Part shown: positions 42,649-50,040 of the stretch, in pieces
Position numbering within the stretch: the stretch's first letter is position 1
How the letters are laid out: every line of letters begins with the position of its first letter
From: Longimicrobiales bacterium
GTDB lineage: Bacteria; Gemmatimonadota; Gemmatimonadetes; Longimicrobiales; RSA9
Direction of reading: 5' to 3'
Length of the DNA: 64,000 nt
NCBI GenBank assembly: GCA_035513295.1
Contig: DATKCH010000001.1
Coordinates: forward strand, 12,243 to 76,242
Notes under the pieces: model-generated
Databases searched by the model: none
What the model was told of the DNA's origin: nothing
What the model saw: the letters and a program-made list of their open reading frames with translations, nothing else
Translations under genes and position numbers: made by a program

Positions 42649-45087
42649 CTACTCGTACCGCAGCGCCTCCATCGGGTCCACGAGCGTCGCGCGCCGAGCC
42701 GGCACATAGCTGGCCAGCAGCGTCACGGCCCCCAGCAGCACGACCACCGACCCGAAGATGATCGGGTCCGCCGGATCCACCCGGAACAGCACGATCGCGA
42801 GACCCTTGGAGAGGAAGAACGCGATCACCAGCCCGATCGCCGATCCCACCAGGAGCTGCGTGAGGCCCTGCTTCATGATAAGGCCCAGGATGTCGCCGTT
42901 CGCGGCGCCGAGCGCGCGCCGTATCCCCAGCTCGCGGGTCCGCCGGCTCACCGAGAAAGCCACCACACCGTAGAGCCCGACCGAGGCCAGGAACAGCGCC
43001 GCCGCGCCGAACACCAGGAAGAGGGTCCCGAATACGCGGTAGAACCAGTTGTTCTGGTCGATCGCCTCGTCCAGCGGATTGACGAAGTAGATCGGCAGGT
43101 TGGGATCCACGGCGTTGACGGCGCGGCGGACCTCCTGCGTGATCGCGTTCGGTGAGCCGCGGGTGCGCGCGGCGATGCTCATGAAGCGTTGACTGGCCTG
43201 GGCCAGCGGACGGTAGTACCCCTCGCGCGGCGCGTCATCCTCGTTGTCGGCGATTCCGTTCATCATGAGGTCGGGGGAAACGCCGACCACGCTCAGCCAC
43301 GGGTTCAGCGAATCCGGATCCTCGCCCGCGTACACGCGGAATCGCTTGCCGAGCGGATCCTCGCCGGGGAAGAACCTGTCCGCGAAGGACTGGTTGACGA
43401 TGCCGACGTCGAGCCCACCGGCGCGGTCCTGGGACGTGAAGTCCCGCCCCTGCAAGAGGGACACGTCGAAGGTCTCGAAGTGGCCCGGCGTGATCACCGC
43501 CTGCCGCGCCTGCGGGATGTCGCGCTCGGCTTCGTACGCCTGGCCCTCGATCTCCACGCGCGGAGCGGGAGCCCAGAGGCCGGGGAGGTTCGAAGTCAGA
43601 GCGGCCGCCTCCACTCCGGGGATCGCCGCGACGCGCGGCTGCACCTCCTGGTAGAAGCGAACCCGGTCCGCCTCCTCCGGATAGTCGGCGTCGAACAGGC
43701 CGATGCGGGCGGTGAACACGTTGTCGGCGGCGAACGGATACTCGATGTTCCGCAGCTGCGCGATGCTCTTCACCATGAGCCCGGCGCCGATGAGCAGCGC
43801 CACGGACAGCGCGATCTCCCCTCCGACCAGCGCCTTGTTGACCCAACCCATGCGGAAGCTGGAGCTGCCGCGCGTCTCGTCCTTCAGGATCTCGTTCACG
43901 TTCGCCCGCGACGCCTGCACCGCCGGAATGATCCCTGCCACGACCGTGGCCACGACCGCCAGGCCCACGACGAATGCGAGCACCTGCGGATCCAGCCCGA
44001 TCTGAATCCAGAACGGAGGGTCCGTCGGCGCGATGGCCGCGTTGAACCCACGGATCCCGATCGCCGCGATGGCCACGCCGATCGCCGCGCCGACGAAGGC
44101 GAGCACGCCGGCTTCGGCCAGGAACTGGATGATGATGCGCCGCCGCGTGGCGCCTATCGCCGAGCGGATTCCCACCTCCTTGCTACGTTGCGCCGCGCGG
44201 CTGATGAGCAGGTTCGCGACGTTGATGCACGCGATCAGGAGGACGAGGAAGACCGCGAAGAGCATCGTGTACAGCATGAGCACGGGTTCCTGTCCGATGA
44301 ACTCTTCGGTGTACGGCTTGATCAGCGGGACCACGCCTTCGTTCGTCTCCGGGTAGGCGGACGCGATGCGCGCGGCGATGCCCTGGAACTCGGCCAACGC
44401 CTGGTCCGGGGAGACGCCGTCGCGGAGGCGGCCGAAGACCTCCAGCCAGTTGCCATCGCCGCGCTCCAGCTCCAGGGCGTCCATGCGCAGCGGCACCCAT
44501 ACGTCCTCCGCGACCGGGAAGCGGAAGCCCTCCGGCATCACACCGACGATCGTGGTCGGCTCGCCGTTCACGGTCTCGACGCGGCCGATCACGTTGGGGT
44601 CGGACGCGTAGCGGTCGCGCCAGACCTCGTAACCGATCAGGATCACGGGCTCCGCTGTGGGCGCGTCCTCGCCCTCCCGGAACAGTCGTCCGAGGGCCGG
44701 CTGCACGCCCAGCATGCTGAACCCGTTGGCGCTGATGAACGCGCCGTCGAAGCGCTCGGGGCTTTCGCTTCCGGCCATGTTGACGGTTCCGCTGTAGAAC
44801 GCCGCGAGATGGGTGAAGCTGGACTGTTGTTCCTTCCAGTCGAGGTAGTCGTGGATCGGCACGCCCATGCTCTCGATTTCCTCGGAGGGGTTCGCGCGCT
44901 CCACGTGCAGGATCCGCGCGGGCGCGTCGAACGGCAGGCCCTTGAGCAGCGCTCCGTAGACGATGCTGAACATCATCGTGGTGAGGCCGATGCCGAGCGC
45001 GAGCGCCACCACCGCCAGAAGGGAAGAACCCGGGTTCTTCGCGAGAAGCCGTGCGGCGAAGCGGATGTCGTTGCCGATGGAGTCCAT
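42649..45087 (-). CDS. ADOP-type duplicated MacB/FtsX permease (orphan ABC permease)
   Basis: ATG at 45087 (MDSIGNDIRFAARLLAKNPGSSLLAVVALALGIG). There are two MacB_PCD plus FtsX modules and the protein ends in ...DPMEALRYE. No adjacent ATPase gene is present. Confidence 0.85.
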   Translation of the reverse strand: MDSIGNDIRFAARLLAKNPGSSLLAVVALALGIGLTTMMFSIVYGALLKGLPFDAPARILHVERANPSEEIESMGVPIHDYLDWKEQQSSFTHLAAFYSGTVNMAGSESPERFDGAFISANGFSMLGVQPALGRLFREGEDAPTAEPVILIGYEVWRDRYASDPNVIGRVETVNGEPTTIVGVMPEGFRFPVAEDVWVPLRMDALELERGDGNWLEVFGRLRDGVSPDQALAEFQGIAARIASAYPETNEGVVPLIKPYTEEFIGQEPVLMLYTMLFAVFLVLLIACINVANLLISRAAQRSKEVGIRSAIGATRRRIIIQFLAEAGVLAFVGAAIGVAIAAIGIRGFNAAIAPTDPPFWIQIGLDPQVLAFVVGLAVVATVVAGIIPAVQASRANVNEILKDETRGSSSFRMGWVNKALVGGEIALSVALLIGAGLMVKSIAQLRNIEYPFAADNVFTARIGLFDADYPEEADRVRFYQEVQPRVAAIPGVEAAALTSNLPGLWAPAPRVEIEGQAYEAERDIPQARQAVITPGHFETFDVSLLQGRDFTSQDRAGGLDVGIVNQSFADRFFPGEDPLGKRFRVYAGEDPDSLNPWLSVVGVSPDLMMNGIADNEDDAPREGYYRPLAQASQRFMSIAARTRGSPNAITQEVRRAVNAVDPNLPIYFVNPLDEAIDQNNWFYRVFGTLFLVFGAAALFLASVGLYGVVAFSVSRRTRELGIRRALGAANGDILGLIMKQGLTQLLVGSAIGLVIAFFLSKGLAIVLFRVDPADPIIFGSVVVLLGAVTLLASYVPARRATLVDPMEALRYE

Positions 45088-45283
45088 GACGATCGGGGCC
45101 GGTGACTGGGTTCGGGAGCCGCGGTCGTGGCGTCGCGCGGCTGCGCTCCGCACCGACCACCTCCGGGACTGGGCTGCCCTACGGCCCGCGACCGGAAGGG
45201 GTTTCAGCGGGTCCGATCCAATCTGCCGCGGCCGACCCCGAATGAGCCGACGGGTGGACAGGCCCCCGCCGCGCCCCGGCTCG

Positions 45284-47524
45284 CTACTCGATCTCGACCC
45301 GCTGCTCCGCCGAAACGAACGCCACGTCGCGCAGGGACGGGAAGCGCAGGAAGGTGTCCGCGCCCGTCTCGCGCAGGCGCTGCTCCGTGAACCCCACCAC
45401 GACCAGGTCGGCGGTGGAGGACCGGCGCTCGACGAGCGAGCGGAAGTCGACGCCGGCGCCGGTCGGGAGAATCCGGAGGTTCTTTCGGCTGACCGGGATG
45501 CGGCCGTCTTGGATCATCCCCTGCAGTCGCTCGGTCTGCGCCCCCACCTCATCCCGGGGTACGGCGGCGAAGATCGACATTTTGCCGTGCCGCCAGTCGT
45601 CGTGCCCCAGCAGGATGTAGCTGGTCAGGATCATCAGGGCGGCGTTCCCGTAGTCGTTCCACGTGAGCCAGACGTGCAGGTCGTGGCGGTCCCCGAAGAA
45701 GTGATCCCCGTGCCTGAGAACGACGCGGTTCATGCCGGTCGGACTGGCGAGCTCGCACGCCCGCGTTACCTCCTCCACGACGCCCCGGTCGTCGTGCACG
45801 GAGAACTCGAACATGACCGTGTTGTTCTCCATTCCCGAAACCCCCGGGACCTGGAGGCTCTGCGCGAGCGCGGAACCCATCGACGGGCTGATGATCGTGT
45901 CCACGTACACCGCGCTCGACTTCTTCTGCGCGGACTCCAACAGACGCGGGAGGACCGCGCGCGCCTCGGCGACCGTAGCGGGATTCAGGTAGCCGGGGAT
46001 GTAATGGAGGTAGGTCCCGAAGCCGTAGCGGCTGCCCAGCCAGGTAAGAAACCGGAAGGGCGCCGATCGATCGAACGTGCGCGGGGTGATCATGATGACG
46101 CTCGGGCGCCAGTCCCCTCCCTGGAAACTCTGAATGCGTACCTGGAGGTAGCGGGACGTCTGCGTCATGACGCCGTGGAAGATCGCGCCCAGGTCGTCGC
46201 CGGAAGCGCCCCGCGCGGACCGGATCACGAAATACAGCCCGGACATGACGAACAGGGCCAGCAGCGCGAACAGCAGGTCCATCTGGATCATGAGCAGCAG
46301 GCACATCACCGCGCCCAGAAGGCTCAGCCACCACTTGGAGCGGAAGACGGGCCGGTAGCCCGGGCGGGCCGCGAAGTGCTCGAGGAAGCTGATCGCGCAC
46401 AGCGCGCCGTAGGTGACCATGAAGAACATCGAAACCACGCGAGCGACGAGGTCGACAGAACCGAGCAGGACCACGACGAACGCGATGATCGCCGTGACGA
46501 TGGTGGCGTTGCGAGGCTCGTTGGTCGCCCCATCGCCCTCGGCCAGGTAGCGATTTGCGCGCTGGAGAGGGACGACCCGATCGGCGGAGATCGCCTGCAG
46601 GGTGCGCGGCGCAACGAGGATGGATCCGACGGCGGACGACAGCGTCGCGGCGGCCAGGCCGATCGGGATGATCGGACCCCAGAGCGCTATCTGGCTCATG
46701 ACCAGCGGGTCGGACGCCAGCACCGACGGCGGCGCCGAACTCGCGAGCTTCACGACCAGCGCGACGTACACGATCATGCCGACGACCGTCGCCGAAATGA
46801 TCCCCAGCGGGATCGACCGGCTGGGGTTCGCCAGGTCGCCGGACAGCCCCACCCCCGCGGTCATTCCCGTGAACGCCGGGAAGCAGATCGCGAACACGAG
46901 CATGAAGTCGTCGGGGGACGCCACGCGCTCCAGAAGCCCGGCCGACTCCGCGCCCACGACCGGTGAACCGAGGAAGAAGAGGATGAGCGACGCCGCCAGG
47001 ATCGCGACGACGACGTACAGCGCCTTGACGCCGAGGTTCGCGCCACGCGTCAGCATCAGCGCGACCAGCGCCACGGTGGCCGGCACCGAAACGAATCGCG
47101 GGTCGAAACCGATGCCGAGCGACCCCTCGATCACGCCCGTCAACGGCCGGAACGCCTCCGCGAAGGCGATCATGTAGAAAGCCACTGAGATCGCTTGGGA
47201 CAGGAACAGCGCGATGCCGATCGCGCCGCCGATCGAAACCCCGAAGGAGCGGGAGATGATGAAATACTCGCCTCCGCCCTCGACCTTCCGGTTGGTCGCG
47301 ATCTCGGCGATCGCCAGCGCCGTCGGTATGGTGACCAGGTGCCCGATCACGATGATCGCGAACGCCCCGATCAGGCCCACGTTCCCCACCGCGTATCCGA
47401 AGCGCAGGAACATGATCGCGCCCAGGATCGTGCTGATGCTCGCGAGGAACACCGGCGCGGTGCCGAATCCGTGGCCCCCCTGCGTGAGGACGGGGGCGCT
47501 GCCCGCGGGCTGTCTCTGATTCAT
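45284..47524 (-). CDS. APC-superfamily transporter with large C-terminal cytoplasmic domain (cation-chloride cotransporter/SLC12-like)
   Basis: The N-terminal 12-TM amino-acid-permease fold contains GTAPVFLASISTILGAIMFLRFGY and GGGEYFIISRSFG. A soluble domain of about 270 aa follows. Confidence 0.75.
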   Translation of the reverse strand: MNQRQPAGSAPVLTQGGHGFGTAPVFLASISTILGAIMFLRFGYAVGNVGLIGAFAIIVIGHLVTIPTALAIAEIATNRKVEGGGEYFIISRSFGVSIGGAIGIALFLSQAISVAFYMIAFAEAFRPLTGVIEGSLGIGFDPRFVSVPATVALVALMLTRGANLGVKALYVVVAILAASLILFFLGSPVVGAESAGLLERVASPDDFMLVFAICFPAFTGMTAGVGLSGDLANPSRSIPLGIISATVVGMIVYVALVVKLASSAPPSVLASDPLVMSQIALWGPIIPIGLAAATLSSAVGSILVAPRTLQAISADRVVPLQRANRYLAEGDGATNEPRNATIVTAIIAFVVVLLGSVDLVARVVSMFFMVTYGALCAISFLEHFAARPGYRPVFRSKWWLSLLGAVMCLLLMIQMDLLFALLALFVMSGLYFVIRSARGASGDDLGAIFHGVMTQTSRYLQVRIQSFQGGDWRPSVIMITPRTFDRSAPFRFLTWLGSRYGFGTYLHYIPGYLNPATVAEARAVLPRLLESAQKKSSAVYVDTIISPSMGSALAQSLQVPGVSGMENNTVMFEFSVHDDRGVVEEVTRACELASPTGMNRVVLRHGDHFFGDRHDLHVWLTWNDYGNAALMILTSYILLGHDDWRHGKMSIFAAVPRDEVGAQTERLQGMIQDGRIPVSRKNLRILPTGAGVDFRSLVERRSSTADLVVVGFTEQRLRETGADTFLRFPSLRDVAFVSAEQRVEIE

Positions 47525-47629
47525 CCAGGATCCAGTGGTATGTTTCTTTCAAAGCAATACGGCCCCGGAGTCAGCGTCGCCAACCGCGGGGCGATCCAGG
47601 GGTACAGCCAGAACGATAGCGAGGTTGCG

Positions 47630-48277
47630 ATGGACGAGCGCGATGAGTTCGGTGCGTCGACGCCGGAGACGTCCGGATCCGGCCACGCCCCCCCGGCCGA
47701 CGCGCCGCAGGAACATCGGCCACCCTCCCACGTCGAGCGAGCGCCCGCGCGGCGCGGGAGTGGCCGCGACGTCGTGCGCACGGTCCTGATCGCGATCGCG
47801 GCGTTCGCGGTCGGTTTCGCGACAGGGTTCCTTCCCCAGTGGCAGAAGGCGCGCGACCTGTCCACGGAGCTGGAGGGAGTGCGCTACGACCTCGAGATCT
47901 CGCGCCTCCAGTCGACGCTGGGAGCCGCGCTCGCCGAGGTCGATCGCGGCAACTACGAACGCGCCCGTCAGCTGACCTCGGTGTTCTACGTGGGATTGGA
48001 CCGCCTGCAGGGTCGCGTGCCCGACGCGGCGCAGTCCGCGGTGATCGCGGACCTTTCGGGCGGGCGCGATGAAGTGATCACGTTGCTGTCCCGCGCGGTA
48101 CCGGAAGTGCGCAGCCGGCTGGCGATCATGTACACCCGTTACTTCACCGCAATGGAGCCGCTGGGCCGCCAGTACGGGGGCGCAATGACGACCTCCCCGG
48201 AGGACGCGCCTGGCCCCGACGCGGGCAGCTCAGACGCGGCGGAGCCCGAGCCCCAGCCCGGGCGTTCCGGCTCCTGA
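47630..48277 (+). CDS. Hypothetical single-pass membrane protein
   Basis: The ATG at 47630 follows GAGG. One TM helix (VVRTVLIAIAAFAVGFATGFL) is followed by a helical domain. An alternative in-frame ATG lies at 47540. I recognise no family. Confidence 0.5.
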   Translation: MDERDEFGASTPETSGSGHAPPADAPQEHRPPSHVERAPARRGSGRDVVRTVLIAIAAFAVGFATGFLPQWQKARDLSTELEGVRYDLEISRLQSTLGAALAEVDRGNYERARQLTSVFYVGLDRLQGRVPDAAQSAVIADLSGGRDEVITLLSRAVPEVRSRLAIMYTRYFTAMEPLGRQYGGAMTTSPEDAPGPDAGSSDAAEPEPQPGRSGS

Positions 48278-48308
48278 TGTTCATCGAGCCACCGGGTTGG
48301 AGGCAATC

Positions 48309-49511
48309 GTGAGGCGAATGTGTTGGTGGGCGGCACTGTGCGGTGCCGTCGCTACGATGACCGCGCCGGCCCCGGCCCTCGGGCAGCGTTTTCCGGGCGC
48401 GGGAGGGGCGGAAATCCGGCTCGGCAGCGCGACCCCGCGCGACCTCCGCGCGGACGAACTCTCCATCGGGCGTTCCCTCTCGGCGGACGTGGACCTGGGG
48501 TACCTGGGCCGGCCGTGGGTGAGAACCATCGCGGGCGTCCATCATTTTCGTACGGATATCAAGTCGGGGGATGCCACGCGCGGCGACGCCAGCGCGTTCG
48601 CGGTGCGTGCGGGCTTGCGCGCGGACGCATTCACTGCCAGCCGAACGGCCGCATCCGCCCTGGCCGCGGTGTCCCTCCAGACGGTCCGGGCGAGCGTGCC
48701 CGAGGATCCCACGACCGAGGGTCTGCTCGATGGGGTCTACGCGGGATTCACGCTGGGCGCCGGCGTCCGCCGCGCGCTGGATCGACAGGCGCGCGCGTCG
48801 CTCGTGGCGGAGGTCCGCCGTACGTTCGTCCCCAACCTCAATCACTGGGCCTTCGAAGCCGGGATCCGGTACATGATCCTGGGGACCGGCGCCTACGTTT
48901 CCGCGCCCGAGCCGGTTCCCGAGCCCGTCGGCTTCGCCGACCGCGAAGAAGGGGCGGACGCCAGGGCCCGCGCGCGGGACGAAGAGCGACTGCGAGCCGA
49001 GCAGGAGGCGCGCGCCGCGCGCGACATGCGCAGCGGGGCGGAAGCGGAGGCGGCGCGGCGGGAGCTAGAGGAACGCCGCGGCCAGGGACCGCCCCGCCTG
49101 GGCGAGGCGTTGCGCGACCTGGACAGGGTCCTCGTGAACATCGCGGGCGTCACGGAAACGGAAAGAGGGCTCGTGGTGACCCTCGGCAGCGGCGTGTTCG
49201 CCAGCGGCCAGCCGAGCCTGACCGATCAGGCGCGCGGCGAATTAGGCCGCATCGCGGAGATCCTGGGCGCGTATCCGGACCGGACCATCCTGGTGGAGGG
49301 GCACACCGACTCGGTCGGCGCCGAGGAGGCCAACCGGGTGCTCAGCGAGCACCGCGCGGCGGCGGTGAAGGCAGCCCTGGTGGCGTACGGCGTGGACGCC
49401 CACCGCGTCTCCGCGGTCGGTTACGGCGAGGGCCGCCCGCTGACCGACAACGAGACCCCCTCCGGGCGCGCCTCGAACCGGCGCGTCGAGATCATCGTGC
49501 TGGATCCTTGA
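48309..49511 (+). CDS. OmpA-family protein (N-terminal beta-rich domain, Glu/Arg coiled linker, OmpA_C peptidoglycan-binding domain)
   Basis: The GTG at 48309 follows GGAGG. There is a signal peptide ...TAPAPALG. The C-terminal OmpA_C motifs are ILVEGHTDSVGAEEANRVLSEHRAAAV and NRRVEIIV. Confidence 0.8.
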   Translation: MRRMCWWAALCGAVATMTAPAPALGQRFPGAGGAEIRLGSATPRDLRADELSIGRSLSADVDLGYLGRPWVRTIAGVHHFRTDIKSGDATRGDASAFAVRAGLRADAFTASRTAASALAAVSLQTVRASVPEDPTTEGLLDGVYAGFTLGAGVRRALDRQARASLVAEVRRTFVPNLNHWAFEAGIRYMILGTGAYVSAPEPVPEPVGFADREEGADARARARDEERLRAEQEARAARDMRSGAEAEAARRELEERRGQGPPRLGEALRDLDRVLVNIAGVTETERGLVVTLGSGVFASGQPSLTDQARGELGRIAEILGAYPDRTILVEGHTDSVGAEEANRVLSEHRAAAVKAALVAYGVDAHRVSAVGYGEGRPLTDNETPSGRASNRRVEIIVLDP

Positions 49512-49553
49512 GACCCCTGAGCGCGAGCTGCCCGTGGCGCCGAGACGCCGGCG

Positions 49554-49582
49554 TTGACGGCGGCCGATGGCAGTGCTACAAT
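49554..49582 (+). promoter_or_regulatory. Near-consensus sigma70-type promoter of blaI-blaR1
   Basis: TTGACG (49554-49559), a 17-nt spacer, then TACAAT (49577-49582). The -10 element lies inside operator palindrome 1. Confidence 0.5.
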
Positions 49583-49611
49583 CGTAGCATCAGAGTGCTA
49601 CGAACGTAGCA
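49574..49611. promoter_or_regulatory. Two tandem 16-bp BlaI-type operator palindromes
   Basis: TGCTACAATCGTAGCA (49574-49589) and TGCTACGAACGTAGCA (49596-49611) have centres 22 bp apart. The core TAC-N4-GTA matches the dyad core of staphylococcal BlaI/MecI operators. They lie 45 bp upstream of the blaI ATG. Confidence 0.55.
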
Positions 49612-49656
49612 TTTGGGCCGCGCCTGCCCTCTACATCGATCCACGCGCCCGGAACC

Positions 49657-50040
49657 ATGGCCAACCACTCCACACTATCCCGCCGCGAGCGGCAGATCAT
49701 GGATGTCCTCTATCGCCGGAGAGCCGCATCGGCCGCCGACGTGCGGGAAGGACTCCCCGATCCGCCCGGCTATTCGGCGGTACGGGCGATGCTGGCCAAG
49801 CTCGAGCGAAAGGGTCACCTCGCCCACGTCGAGGAGGGGGGGCGCTACATCTACCGCCCCATCGTTCCACGCGATGAGGCCAGTCGCTCCGCGCTGAAGC
49901 GTATGGTCAGCACGTTCTTCGATGATTCCCCGGCGCGCACCGTCGCCGCCATCCTCGACATGGAGTCGCTGGACATGAACGAAGACGAACTCGATCGGCT
50001 GGCGTGCATGATCGACGAGGCTCGGAGGAGGGGAGGATGA
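49657..50040 (+). CDS. blaI: BlaI/MecI/CopY-family transcriptional repressor
   Basis: The 127-aa protein has a winged helix (LSRRERQIMDVLYRRRAASAADVREGLPDPPGYSAVRAMLAKLERKGHL) and a C-terminal dimerisation helix. It is followed by an M56 gene. Confidence 0.9.
   Translation: MANHSTLSRRERQIMDVLYRRRAASAADVREGLPDPPGYSAVRAMLAKLERKGHLAHVEEGGRYIYRPIVPRDEASRSALKRMVSTFFDDSPARTVAAILDMESLDMNEDELDRLACMIDEARRRGG

Noticed and set aside
43189-47552. Long ORFs 43189..45105 (+), 44963..46966 (+) and 45549..47552 (-)
   Set aside because: They are antisense or out-of-frame relative to the ADOP permease and the APC/CCC transporter, which have clear membrane-protein signatures. The products are highly charged Arg/Asp/His-rich sequences without domains.
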